Assembly: GCF_037042905.1 (NCBI RefSeq) | Contig: NC_087250.1 | Location: forward strand, 27,220,001 to 27,284,000 | Length of the DNA: 64,000 bases | DNA from: Lytechinus pictus | Taxonomy: Eukaryota | Direction: 5' to 3' | Part shown: piece after piece, positions 1-11,287 of the stretch | Numbering within the stretch: the first letter of the stretch is position 1 | How the letters are laid out: each line of letters starts with the position of its first letter | Made by a program: the position numbers and the translations under genes | The notes under the pieces: model-generated | Told to the model about the DNA's origin: nothing | The model's database searches: none | Seen by the model: the letters and a program-made list of their open reading frames with translations, nothing else

Positions 1-777
1 CATTGAATCACATGGATCCTTTTAATTTATACAGTCTTTTATATATCTATATAATACACTGAAATATGAAGAGTTAATGGACGAGGTGTAATGTTTAATA
101 CTTAATTCTTATATTGCCCCCTTTCCTGTCCAAACGACGGTGTAATATTCGCAACAATCACCCTCATGAACATTTGGTATTTGCATACTATACCAGCATG
201 CTGACAATCACCATGTAGAAGCATGCTCATTATAACTGTAACGTTAAATATTTTTTAAATGATATGTTATTTTTCCTGTTTAACCATCCTTGTGATCCCA
301 TACAGAGTGTTGTGCATATGAAGAGTTTAGTTACAAAAGGGGTTAGGTCCACTATGGACCATTTCGAGAAATAACATGTTTTTTATTCTCACTTATGTAA
401 TGTTAAGTTGGTGGAATGACACTGTATATCACTGAGATGGACACGTGACTGATTGAACTCTCAAATAACAAGTTTATTAACAACCACTTAGCAACCACGC
501 GCATGCGTAAACATATATCATAACCAGGGCCGTAGCTGGAGGGGGGGGGGGGGTATGGGGGTGTGACACCCCCCCCCCCTACATTCATGGCAGTCGGCAA
601 AATCATGTACCAGTTGGCAAAATGGAGGATAGGGGAAAAAGAAAGAGGGAAAGAAAGGAAGAGAAAAAAAGAAAGAAGGAGAGAGGGGAAGAAAGAAAAA
701 GAAAGAAAGAAAGAGAGAGAGAGGGGGAGAAGGGGGGGGGGGGGAGAAAGTGAGATAGAAAGAAAGAAAGAAAGAAA

Positions 778-1007
778 TAATAATAATGATAATAATAGGC
801 ATTTATATAGCGCCATCTATCTAGAAATATTCTATTCCGAGGCGCGTTGTTATTATTATTATCACCCCGGCTTTAGCTCGATCTGCCTTTCAGCGCTCAT
901 GCATTCAAGGAATTAATCCTGCCAGGTACCCATTCACCTCACCTGGATCGAGTGCAGCACAATGTGGATAAATTTCTTGCTGAAGGAAATTACGCCATGG
1001 CTGGGAT
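778..1007 (-). mobile_element. 5'-truncated tRNA-derived SINE
   Basis: Core GGTACCCATTCACCTCACCTGGATCGAGTGCAGCACAATGTGGATAAA is shared with the copies at ~38.9 kb and ~45.2 kb. (TTA)n tail at ~778-798. Breaks off where the B-box would begin. Confidence 0.8.
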
Positions 1008-1009
1008 GA

Positions 1010-1052
<43 letters not shown>

Positions 1053-1053
1053 T

Positions 1054-1084
<31 letters not shown>
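1008..1084. repeat. (GAAA)n microsatellite at the 3' flank of the Tx1 element
   Basis: About 19 tetranucleotide units with one interruption. Confidence 0.95.
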
Positions 1085-1085
<1 letters not shown>

Positions 1086-1223
1086 CTTTTTTGACTTTTC
1101 AAATGAAAACTTTATTTACAAATTATAATCACAAAAGTCAGGTATATAATAAAAGAATAGTTTGACATAAACATTCAAATGAGATCAGGTTGATTACAAG
1201 CACAGAGTTATAAAATCAAATGT

Positions 1224-4200
1224 TTAAATGAGCCATGCAATGCTGCCCTCGTTAATTGTAAAAAGTAATCTATTCATACACCATTTACGTGAAAAAGCAT
1301 CAATATTAGAACATAATTTGTAATAAGTAAATTCATAGAGTATTCTGTTTTTGAGACGATGTAACCAAATTATAAGTGGATCGGTGAAATTTGAGGTACG
1401 GTACATAGAATAAATTGTACTTTTTAAACTAATAATAAGGAAATTAGCAAGGCGGATAGTCTTTCCGTCACGCCCTCTGGCATGCGGAATGAGTGCCCAG
1501 TACAGGTCAAAATTAAGTTTGAGAGAGGGGAGGAGATTGTTCAACAGTCTATGAAGAAGATTGAGAGGGGGTTGAATTCCTTTACATTCGATGAACAGAT
1601 GTTGAATGGTTCCTGCTTCTCCGCACCATCCGCAAAAAGAAGAAATGTCTGTATTAAGATGATGGAGTACAGTGAGCGACGGTAAAATATTGTGAAGGAG
1701 TTTGTATTGAATATCAGCCTCTTTTTTAGGTGTTGGTAGTTGATAGATAGATAGCCAGTTCACTTTTGTAGATGGATCGAGAAATCCAGTATCATGCCAA
1801 TGTGAGCTTGATGAGATTGTCGTGTTATCTAGTTCTTTCCTGTAGATTGTGTAGATGGCTTTAGAAGAAGCAGTAAGTCCATTTTCGGAAGAAGCCAGAG
1901 TGAAGTTGATCGGAGTTACTGGAGCAGACAATAAATCAGAGTATTCGTGTTGACAGCCTGAGTCATTAAAATATGTAGGAAAAACTTTAGAGAGTGCAGT
2001 TCGAATGAGTAATGTTTCACGTTCGATGAGACGCGATGATGGTTGTCGAAGTCTTCTTGGAAAGTTCTTTTGGAGACAGCTACTCTCAATCCAAAGACCG
2101 GTTGAGTGGTTTATCAAATGGCGAACTAGTTTCACTCCGCATGCCATCAGGCGCGTCGGAAAAAAATTATCAACATCAATTGCATCAATAATATGAAAAC
2201 TACTTAACGGCATGTTAATTGCATGGCTGAAAGAGAGGGATTGTGTCACAATTCGAGCTCCAGATGTCAACCAAGCTCGCAGAACTTCACTATAGTAAAC
2301 TGGAAGACTTGTGTAAAACTTAGGATCAATTCTTGTAAAGAACAAATGGTAATCAAATCCTAATTTACAATACTGTCTCAGAAAATGAGCCATAAAGTCA
2401 TTTACTGGATGAGAATTTAACGAAAGAAACCGTTGAATAATCGAAAATCTGTAAGTTAGAACACGAGCTTGGAGACAAGCTAGCCCCAGCCCTCCTTCGT
2501 CAGGTTTTTCATACAACACTTCTTTCTTTAACCAGTGCCGCTTATTTGACCAGATAAAATTCACAATTAAATTCTGAAGTTCGTTTAATACATTTTCAGG
2601 AGGAGAAAGAACTGCAAGAACATGAAATATTTTTGATGCAGCGAGCTGGTTTGCAATCAATACCTTGCCTTTAAATGAGAGTGAGTTCGATAAACGAGAC
2701 CACGAAATGAAAGTCTTATTAAGTCTTTCTTTACATTTAATCCAGTTTTGTTTAGAATAATTAAAGGTGTTCCCTAAATGAACTCCTAAAAAAGGGAGAC
2801 CTTCACTATTCCAAGAAAAGTTGAGGGGTTTATCATTCCGCCCTTTCCAACGGCCGACCCAAAGGCCTTGTGATTTTTTTGTATTTAAACATGCAGCAGA
2901 GGCCAGACTAAACATATTGTAAGTTTGTTCAACTAATTCAAAGCCAGCATCGGCTGTAACAAATATCGATACATCGTCTGCATATGCAGATACTACACAA
3001 CGTTTGTTAATAGCAGGGATATTTAATGCATGATTTGACACGTTCTCTCTTAGTGAGTTCAGGAGAGGCTCAATGGCGAGAGTATATAGCAACCCTGATA
3101 GAGGGCATCCCTGTCGTATTCCTTTCTCAAAGGGGAAGGGAGCTGTCAGGGATCCACACACTTTAATAAGGCTTTCAGCCCCTTCATACAGAATTTGTAT
3201 ATAAGATATAAAATGACTTCCAAAGCCCATGCGTTTCATAACATTGAATAAATAAACATGATCTACATTATCAAATGCCTTTTTCTGGTCCAAGTTCAAT
3301 ACAGCCAAAGAAATATTATCAGTGTTTGCATAGAACAAAATATCTCTAATGAGATTAATGTTGTCATAAATAGAACGACCGGGGATACAATAACTTTGGT
3401 CTCTTCCAATAACATGGTCAATGCATGATTTTAGCCTACTGGCAAGCAGCCTAGCAAAAATTTTATAGTCTGTGTTGAGGAGGGAGACGGGACGCCAATT
3501 TGAAATATCAGCGAGGTCTCCTTTTTTGGGGAGTAAAGTAATGACCGCCCTCCTAAAAGAGTATGGTAAAAATCCAGATTCAAGAGAGGAGGTAAGAACT
3601 TCGAGAAAATCATCTTTGAGCATGGGCCAAAAGACATGATAAAATTCAGAGGTAAGTCCATCGATACCAGGAGACTTATTTTTGCCTAGCTGCTTGACAG
3701 CATTATCAAGTTCTTCTACAGATATTGGATTCTCAAGGTCCTTTGATAAGGACGGATCAAGCGTCTTGATATTTACAAGTAAACTATTGATGGCGCTCTT
3801 GTCAGTTGGCTTTCGAGTGTAAAGAGATTCATAAAATTCCCGAACATGATTTTTTATCTCAGAAGGGTTCTCCGAAATACGTCCCGAAGCGAGCCGAATG
3901 CGGGATATACTTTTTGATAAAGAATTCTTTTTTTCTAAGTTGAAGAAAAAATTGGAGCATGAGTCTGTTTCATTTGTGTATTTAAAGCGAGACCTCACAA
4001 GAGCTCCGCGTGCTTCATTTTTCAGTAACGAGTTTAATGCATTTCTATGCTCGTCGAGAGTATATTTATCTTGTTGGCTAGATTCTTTTGCGCTCTGAAG
4101 TTTATCAATCTCTTTGTTAATTTCTATTAGAGCTTGCCTTTTCCTTTGTACTATTTTTTTGCTATACATTTGAGTAATTGATTTTATATGAACCTTGCCG

Positions 4201-5081
4201 AAATCCCACCAAGATGCAAGGTTCGGGAAGTCATTTTTTTCTTTTTGCCAATCTGACCAAAAAAGACGAATAATATCAATGTAACTTTCGTCTTCCAAAA
4301 GAGTGTTATTAAAAATCCAATATGCACTTTTTCCTTTAGCTCGTATTGGAAATTTCAAGGTTAGAGAAACTGCAGAGTGGTCAGATAAGGAACAAGGTAT
4401 AATTTCACACTTATGAATAGAAGAAACTAGACACGATGGTACATAAAATCGATCTAATCTAGACTTTGAAAAGCCCTGTGCACTGGCTGGATTGTGCCGT
4501 TGCCAGGTGAATTTCTTTTCATTTGGATTTAGAAAACGCCATGCATCACAAAGAGAAGATTTATTCAGAACATTTTGCAAAGCCGTAACAAGTTTAGGTC
4601 TGCGTTCTGTGAGCGTGCACAAACGATCAATCGCAGGATTTTCAGTGCAATTAAAATCACCCACAATCACAATATTATCTTCGCAACAGGTGGATATATG
4701 ACAATTAAGGGCATTAATAGCTTTAATTGCCATTTCATCAGATTGAGGAATGAGTGTGTTGTATACATGATAAATACAGTTATTATGGGAGAGCTTGTTA
4801 TACAATATATAGCCATCAAAAACAATACAAGTAGATAAAATATCGACTTGAGAATTATTAACCAAAGTTGTCACTCCTGACCCTCGAGTAATACCGGGTG
4901 AGCAAAAAGGTTTATGCGACCAGTTGCTCCAGCAAGGATTGCTATCTTTAAGGTGGTAAGTTTCCTGTAAAAATACAACGAGCGGGTTGCATGCAATTTG
5001 CTCAACATAAACTCGGAAGGAGGCATTTTGAGTTTGGGAGGAGCATCCTCCGGTGTTGAGGGTCAGCATTGACAGTGCCAT
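1224..5081 (-). CDS. Tx1/L1-type ORF2: APE endonuclease + reverse transcriptase + C-terminal zinc finger (1285 aa)
   Basis: APE motifs FLQET, VGDFN, SRLDRFY, SDH. RT motifs KSPGIDG, NWRPVSLLNTDYKI, LDQKKAFDNV, GIRQGCPLS, AYADDV, FLGV. C-terminal CGWC...HLFIEC. Uninterrupted. Confidence 0.97.
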   Translation of the reverse strand: MALSMLTLNTGGCSSQTQNASFRVYVEQIACNPLVVFLQETYHLKDSNPCWSNWSHKPFCSPGITRGSGVTTLVNNSQVDILSTCIVFDGYILYNKLSHNNCIYHVYNTLIPQSDEMAIKAINALNCHISTCCEDNIVIVGDFNCTENPAIDRLCTLTERRPKLVTALQNVLNKSSLCDAWRFLNPNEKKFTWQRHNPASAQGFSKSRLDRFYVPSCLVSSIHKCEIIPCSLSDHSAVSLTLKFPIRAKGKSAYWIFNNTLLEDESYIDIIRLFWSDWQKEKNDFPNLASWWDFGKVHIKSITQMYSKKIVQRKRQALIEINKEIDKLQSAKESSQQDKYTLDEHRNALNSLLKNEARGALVRSRFKYTNETDSCSNFFFNLEKKNSLSKSISRIRLASGRISENPSEIKNHVREFYESLYTRKPTDKSAINSLLVNIKTLDPSLSKDLENPISVEELDNAVKQLGKNKSPGIDGLTSEFYHVFWPMLKDDFLEVLTSSLESGFLPYSFRRAVITLLPKKGDLADISNWRPVSLLNTDYKIFARLLASRLKSCIDHVIGRDQSYCIPGRSIYDNINLIRDILFYANTDNISLAVLNLDQKKAFDNVDHVYLFNVMKRMGFGSHFISYIQILYEGAESLIKVCGSLTAPFPFEKGIRQGCPLSGLLYTLAIEPLLNSLRENVSNHALNIPAINKRCVVSAYADDVSIFVTADAGFELVEQTYNMFSLASAACLNTKKSQGLWVGRWKGRNDKPLNFSWNSEGLPFLGVHLGNTFNYSKQNWIKCKERLNKTFISWSRLSNSLSFKGKVLIANQLAASKIFHVLAVLSPPENVLNELQNLIVNFIWSNKRHWLKKEVLYEKPDEGGLGLACLQARVLTYRFSIIQRFLSLNSHPVNDFMAHFLRQYCKLGFDYHLFFTRIDPKFYTSLPVYYSEVLRAWLTSGARIVTQSLSFSHAINMPLSSFHIIDAIDVDNFFPTRLMACGVKLVRHLINHSTGLWIESSCLQKNFPRRLRQPSSRLIERETLLIRTALSKVFPTYFNDSGCQHEYSDLLSAPVTPINFTLASSENGLTASSKAIYTIYRKELDNTTISSSSHWHDTGFLDPSTKVNWLSIYQLPTPKKEADIQYKLLHNILPSLTVLHHLNTDISSFCGWCGEAGTIQHLFIECKGIQPPLNLLHRLLNNLLPSLKLNFDLYWALIPHARGRDGKTIRLANFLIISLKSTIYSMYRTSNFTDPLIIWLHRLKNRILYEFTYYKLCSNIDAFSRKWCMNRLLFTINEGSIAWLI

Positions 5082-5135
5082 TATGGCTATAGCAACTTGA
5101 GCGTACGTAATGAATGGAGAGAAGGTAAAAAGGAA

Positions 5136-6680
5136 TTAGCTCTCCAGAGTGCTGATCAATTTGTATATCCTCTGCTGCATGTTACGTTTTACTAGGGGGC
5201 TGTTTTTCAGGGGCTTTAATTGTTTAACTAGCCCTGGAATATTTGATGTATATTTCCGTGCAATCTGGGCAGGCTTTTTCCGCCCTTTTACGTTTGACAG
5301 AAATTTCACAATTTGGCCTTGGGAGAGGGGGCCTTGAGTCAATGGGAGTGCATCTTCCTTCGGGACATCTTCATCCGTTTGGGCATCTTCCCAAGTCATG
5401 GAGTCAGTGTCGGTAGATGAATCTCCAACTGTGGAGGATGGGGTAGGAGGGATATTGGGGGTTTGGGAGTCAAGGACTTGCGTTAAGGTTGGAGAGTCTA
5501 CGGTTTCGGTTTGGGAGGAGGGAGCTTTCCTGGCCACTTTCCGAAGAGGAGAGGGGGCCTTCAGTGTAGTAAGAGTAGTATTGTTTTCGTTTGATTCGGG
5601 TGTTAGTTGCTTACGTTTTGAAACAACTTCAGAGAAAGTTCGGACAGGTGATGGGGGAGTTTTCCACACAGGCGAAGGGCACGCAGAAATAGATTTGGGG
5701 GGAGGGGACTTGGAGGACACGACTATTGGCGTGGTAGTTGAATTGCTGGACGGCTGAGCAGGTGATGTCAGAGGTATGTGCAGTGGGGAGGATTGAGGCT
5801 TCCTGATGCGCGAGGGGGTGGCTGAGGTAGAAAGGGGCCCACAATCACGAGGTGGTAAACTAGGGAAATCAGAGGAGGTGGGTACAGGTGGGGGCATTGT
5901 AGTTGCCGCCAAGGGGGGAGGTGATGGTGGCATGGGGTCCGAAACCGTAGTGAGGGGCGGGGAGGATCCGCGCTGGCGCACTCTCGTGTCATTTGAAGCT
6001 GGGGCAGCGTTTGTCTTTGACTGATTAGTATTTGTGCTTGTTTGAGGTTTCTTACAATTGCGGGAAATATGACCAAATTCACCACAGTTAAAACATCTGA
6101 CTGACTCAGTTGAAATAAAAACACGATAGTTCATACCTGAAAACACGAAATTAATGTTATCTGGAAGTGTTGTGTTAGGTTTCACTAACACTTGAACGTG
6201 CCTTCTAAAACTCATAATATGGTTTAGACGTTTGTCTTTAAATCCTAGAGGTATTGGTTTGCAGTCGGACACAACTTTGCAAAAAGGTGCTAGATTTTCA
6301 GTCAAGACAGAATTCGGTAGTTCTGGGTATACATTAGATAAAATGACTCGAGTAGTGGGCCGTACAAGGGGGGTTAGTTCAAGAAAGGCCCCCTCATACT
6401 CAAGGCCTTTTTGTACAGCATTGATAACAGCTTCTTTTGATTTTAGATACACAGCTATGCGACCATTAGAGATGCGAGAGGCAGATATTACGTCATTAGC
6501 GGGTATAGTTGTAGTAAAGACATTGATATAAGATTGTATCGTTACATTTTCAATAGCTTGAAAGCTTACACCATTGTGACGGGTGACATTTTTAAAATGT
6601 CCTACATTGTTTAACAAAGGGCCAGCTGCACTTGTGGTACGCTGGCCCTGTACACTACGTTGGTTTGCTTGACTGGCCAT
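5136..6680 (-). CDS. Tx1-type ORF1 nucleic-acid-binding protein with CCHC zinc knuckle (514 aa)
   Basis: CFNCGEFGHISRNC knuckle. SASRI / ILSNVYP / HIMSFRRHV segments resemble Tx1 ORF1. Pro/Ser/Thr-rich C-terminal half. Lies directly upstream of ORF2. Confidence 0.93.
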   Translation of the reverse strand: MASQANQRSVQGQRTTSAAGPLLNNVGHFKNVTRHNGVSFQAIENVTIQSYINVFTTTIPANDVISASRISNGRIAVYLKSKEAVINAVQKGLEYEGAFLELTPLVRPTTRVILSNVYPELPNSVLTENLAPFCKVVSDCKPIPLGFKDKRLNHIMSFRRHVQVLVKPNTTLPDNINFVFSGMNYRVFISTESVRCFNCGEFGHISRNCKKPQTSTNTNQSKTNAAPASNDTRVRQRGSSPPLTTVSDPMPPSPPPLAATTMPPPVPTSSDFPSLPPRDCGPLSTSATPSRIRKPQSSPLHIPLTSPAQPSSNSTTTPIVVSSKSPPPKSISACPSPVWKTPPSPVRTFSEVVSKRKQLTPESNENNTTLTTLKAPSPLRKVARKAPSSQTETVDSPTLTQVLDSQTPNIPPTPSSTVGDSSTDTDSMTWEDAQTDEDVPKEDALPLTQGPLSQGQIVKFLSNVKGRKKPAQIARKYTSNIPGLVKQLKPLKNSPLVKRNMQQRIYKLISTLES

Positions 6681-6889
6681 GTACGAACCAGTCTAGAAAC
6701 CTTACAAAAAATAACAGAAAATGTGTTTAAAAAACACTAAAATTGGTAAACCTGACGAAGGAGGATCGAGACTATATCAATCTATAACCCAACACAATTG
6801 TAATGGTACAAAAATCAAGGACCAAATGGTCATATAAATCAGTGAAAAACCAGAAAAACCGGAGCTCGAAAAAAACACAACTACCTCAC

Positions 6890-7003
<114 letters not shown>

Positions 7004-7934
7004 AAAAGGAAAGAAAAATAGGGGTACTAACTACGAAGAAGGTTACGACTTTTAGAGTAAAGACAACCAGTTGGCAAATCCAAGTCCATGTAGCCAGGCT
7101 TAGAGCCCTACTAGTCAGCAAAATACAAAGGACAAAACAGATGGAGCTATAATAACACACAAAGTAAGCCCCCGGTCCTCCCCCAATATAATTGAGTTTG
7201 CAAATTATACCACAATTATTGACGATTTAACAAGCACATTAGTTTTGTAAAATTAGAAGCAAGACTAGGTAAATAAATATGGGGTGGGATGAATTTCCAA
7301 GGTTTAAGTTGAATAATCAAAGCCAAAGTATAGTTGGCAAATTATAAAGTGGGCCTATTAAAGTGGCAGAACACTATACGCTCTACCAGTCAGCAAAGTG
7401 ATATACAAGTACTGCCCCGTTTCAGATCTGAAAATAAACAGAACTAAAGACTTAAAAAACTGGTAACTCTTTTGGCAAATTCATGAAGACAAGTCTACAA
7501 CTTGTAGACTTGTCTACAAGTTTGCAGTTGGCAAAAAACACAAAAATGTTCTAAGTTATTTTTACTAAATTCTGTCGCCGAAGATTTTTTTTTAATTCAT
7601 GGTGTCAGAATGTGCTTGGGGTGGGGATGGGTGGGAGTGGGGGCAGGTTGGGGTTGCATCATTCCTGGTGCTCTTATTGTCTGACTAATGAGATATATAG
7701 TCCTGTTGTATTTTAAGTCCATATTAAGATTATGCACCAAATCATCTCCTCGCACTTCAAGTTATTATTGTTTTATGTAGTGCCATATGCTTTTTTCATG
7801 ACTATATACTTAAAGTGATTGCCCCCTTTTAAGGCCTTAATAAAACATTTCCAGTCTGTGCTTACGTCCGCATTGGTGTGGACCGATATAGATACAGGGC
7901 TGGTGTTAAATCAACACTGGCGTTTTTGCAGTGC

Positions 7935-8617
7935 ACGAATTCCTAAAGACAGTCCTTAAAATGTCCCTTTTTCTGATCTAATTATAACAAATTTTCAGCT
8001 CGCGCTTTGCGCTCGCATCACTTAATTAGTGAAATAGTAAATTCCTACAAACAAGCCATAGAATGCCCCTCTTCAGGTCCGAATTCCAAAAATTGTCAGC
8101 TCGCGCTTCTCGCCCGCAATATTTCATTAGTGAAATACGTATCATGTTCATGATTACAATGACCACAAAAAGTGCTTCATGTACCAGTGTAATTCTTTCA
8201 AATCAGCAAGCGCTTGGCGCTCGCATTAGATGACTATGATGAGATACGTACGCACTTCATGAATTCCGAAAGATAGTCCTTAAAATGTCCCTTTTTATGG
8301 TTAAGTTATACAAAAAAATTCAGCTCGCGCTTCGCGCTCGCATTGTTTTGTGAGACAGGTACGTATCACGATTACAAAACTTTGCTTATAATGTCCCTTT
8401 TTAGGACTGAATATCAAACATTTTCAGCTCGCGCTTCGCGCTCGCATTATTTCATTACTAAGATACATATCCGTTTAATGGCACAGTCCTTAAAATGTCT
8501 CTATTAGGTCAGTATACCTGGCAATTGAGCGCGCTTCGCGCGCCCACTTAATGACTCAAAATTTTTGCTGATGCCCCCCCCCCCACAAAAAATGCCGTGA
8601 CCCACGGTACGCCACTG
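7935..8617. repeat. MITE fragment with tandem CAGCTCGCGCTTCGCGCTCGCA units; the same family recurs at ~12770-14560, 22020-23590, 58520-58760 and 63450-63940
   Basis: Recurring TTTTCAGCTCGCGCTT(C/T)GCGCTCGCA motif. Ends in TIR-like CCCACGGTACGCCACTG at 8617. Confidence 0.7.
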
Positions 8618-9753
8618 TTAGCAGTAGCACTCTTGACATTTTAGTTGAGACATCTTGCACAGAAGGTCAATTAAAAATTAACAAATCTTTGATTTTGATA
8701 TTATTAATGCATATAGGGCACTATACTGCAAGTTAGCAACTACGGCACACTAGCCTTTCTATTTTGATCCAAAATTTTTATTTTTACAGTGCAAGTATCT
8801 TTGTATATCTTTGTATAATTTACCTTAAAGTATTCACCAAGTGCCACTAATTCAATTCTAAAAAATCAAAATCTTTTAGCATGTGTTTATTGTAGGGGGG
8901 CACATCCCCCATCAGACTCCCCCTGTGCTCACGTTGGCGCTGTCACGCCAAATTTAGTTGGCAAATTTAGCTGGTACACCCCCCCAACAAAATGCTTCTG
9001 GCTACGGCCCTGATCATAACATGACAACTTAGTGCAATATTCTTACGAGAAACTAAATTATCATGATATACTACTCTATCATGTGAACATAAAATTGGTT
9101 ATAAAAGAAATCTACCTGCCTTCAATTTTTTTCTATATATTCTTTTAAAAATCATAATTGTGGACCTAGCCCCTTTTGCAACTAAACTGAAATGAATCCA
9201 ATCTATTTTGATTAAAGAATTGATTATTTCTTTGCCACTTTTATTCACGTTTTCATGAAAATTTTAAATTTTCTTTGTTTTCATCAGAGCAACATAAAAT
9301 TTAGAGGTTTTGAGACAGAAAACAATAACATTTATGAACAATGGACCTAACCCCTGTTGACAAATGAGGTCTTCAGAAGAGTTTGTTTGCATAAGGGGTT
9401 CGTTCCACTCCAAAAAATCATTTTTTTTAATTCTTCCATATTGCAATATTCTTATGCGAAACTAAATTCTAATGATACCCCACCATGATAACATAAAATT
9501 GGGTATAAACAAAATTTACATGTCTTCATCTTTTTCATGATATTCTTTTCCAAAAAAAATTGTATGGACCTAACCCCTTTTGAAAAAAAAGGTGATTTTT
9601 CTTTGCCATTTTAGTTCGATTTTTAATAGGAATTTCAACTTTTCTTTGGCATCATCTTATAGAGCTACTGAAAATCTATACATTAAGACATAAAAATCAA
9701 ATTTGATGAAAAATGGACCTAACCCCTTTTCCAAGTGAGCTATTCATATACAT

Positions 9754-9806
9754 CGGAAGTGATCGACGGAAACATGCAAATAAACGTTCAAGTTGAAAGT
9801 GAAAGT
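9754..9806 (+). promoter_or_regulatory. Putative promoter of the TRIM-like gene with ETS-like (CGGAAGTG) and IRF/Blimp1-like (GAAAGTGAAAGT) motifs
   Basis: CGGAAGTG at 9754-9761 and GAAAGTGAAAGT at 9795-9806, ~70-120 bp upstream of the putative first exon. Motif match only. Confidence 0.4.
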
Positions 9807-9869
9807 TGTTCATTCTAGGGACTGATACAGGATGTAAAACTGCACGTTCAAAACTTGTAGATTATATTC

Positions 9870-9921
9870 GCATTCATCCACACAGTGAACAGAGATAGAG
9901 GGTGTGAACTTGAAATTATCG
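9870..9921 (+). other. Putative non-coding first exon of the TRIM-like gene (copy 1)
   Basis: Ends in consensus donor CG|GTAAGT (GT at 9922). Conserved with copies at ~36641 and ~48708. Strong poly-T/TAG acceptor at 15363, just before the coding exon. Confidence 0.6.
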
Positions 9922-11287
9922 GTAAGTTTTGATAATTAGGAATACCCTAATCCGTATTTTCTTTTCATTATTCCGTATTGATAAACTGGAGAACATGTAA
10001 GCTAATACTACATAATCCTGAATCACTTCATATGAATTTATAGGCCTACTTTATTAACACTTGGGATACGAGAAATTTCCTAGTCAATAGAAAATCGAAT
10101 CTAAACATAATCTTGCTGTAGCCTATAACATTGACACTATAAATGTTAGAGGTGAGAGAATTCAAAATATAAGTATGATAAGAGATGAAGAAGGACAATT
10201 TTATTAGGACTCGAACATTTGTTAATAGAGATAATGAGGGTGACTTTTGCATGTGGTAAACGAATGTGGTGAAAGAAATGATTTTCGTTCTCGCTGATGT
10301 ATGACTTTCTGTGATAATACAGCATCCCCCCCCCCATGGTTATGCACGTGATCAGGAAATTACAAAGAAACATGTTTGAAAGTCTCCGTTTCTTTTAATT
10401 TTTCGTTGTTCTTCCTTAATTGGAACCATAGTAGAATATAAAGTTCACTATCAAACCGTATTCACAAAAACAAATAAACGTTGTTTCTGTCTTTTCAATA
10501 TGAGACACTACACTCAAAGCAAAATATACAAAATTAGAAGAGATGTATTGTGTATCAACATGTTTATTGTAAACTGATGTTTCATACATATTTTGCCCAT
10601 GCAACCAGCTAACTGTGACACCTCATCCCTCTCTTTCCTCTCTCTCTTTCTTTCTTGTATCACTATAATCAATATGTAAAAGAGAGAGCTCTGGGGCTAG
10701 GCCCACCCCAAAAGTTCAAGCACCAAGATAAAATTGAGAAAGAGAAAGAAAGGAAAGGAAGAGGTGTGAATTATATACACATATTTTTTCTTAATTTTCT
10801 TATTTTCTTATTATTTTTTATCTATCAGAAAATAAGCTATCCTCTTTTGCTCCCTTTCTTTACTCCGTTTAATGACCTTTTTATCTTTTGGACAATGTTT
10901 GGCCCCCTCATTTTTTGTTGGTTCATCACCGCATTGGCACAAGGCTTTTATATTTGACAAAAGTTTCTGAAACTGTGATCAAAAAAACAATTTTTGTTCT
11001 AATATCATTCAGACTAAAAATATTCCTTCTGGATAAAAATGAAGGGAAATTATAAAACTAATCAGCATTTGTAATAATTATCTACTGTATTATCATAATA
11101 GTACAAAACAATTGAATCATATTGGATGGTTCAGAACGGAATATCAGAGATATTTCAATAGTTTTGTATAGTAGCCTGTATGGTATGCGGAGGATATCAG
11201 TCCTTGGTTCAATATGCTGTCATATTAAACAGACAACTGATTCAGACAAAAATACACATTAAAAATGCATCGCTAAAACCATGGACC

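Larger units (their letters stand above)
1085..6889 (-). mobile_element. Full-length Tx1-clade non-LTR retrotransposon inserted in a (TTTC)n microsatellite
   Basis: Two intact ORFs and a ~210-bp 5'UTR. Short 3'UTR with AATAAA (~1111-1116, minus strand) ending AAAAGTC-AAAAAAGTC. Both ends abut (GAAA)n directly. Confidence 0.93.

Noticed and set aside
403..1102. Short ORFs rich in F/L/S or K/E/R (also 6777-7160, 20417-20986, 37510-37794, 58805-59100)
   Set aside because: Translations of microsatellite or polypurine tracts.
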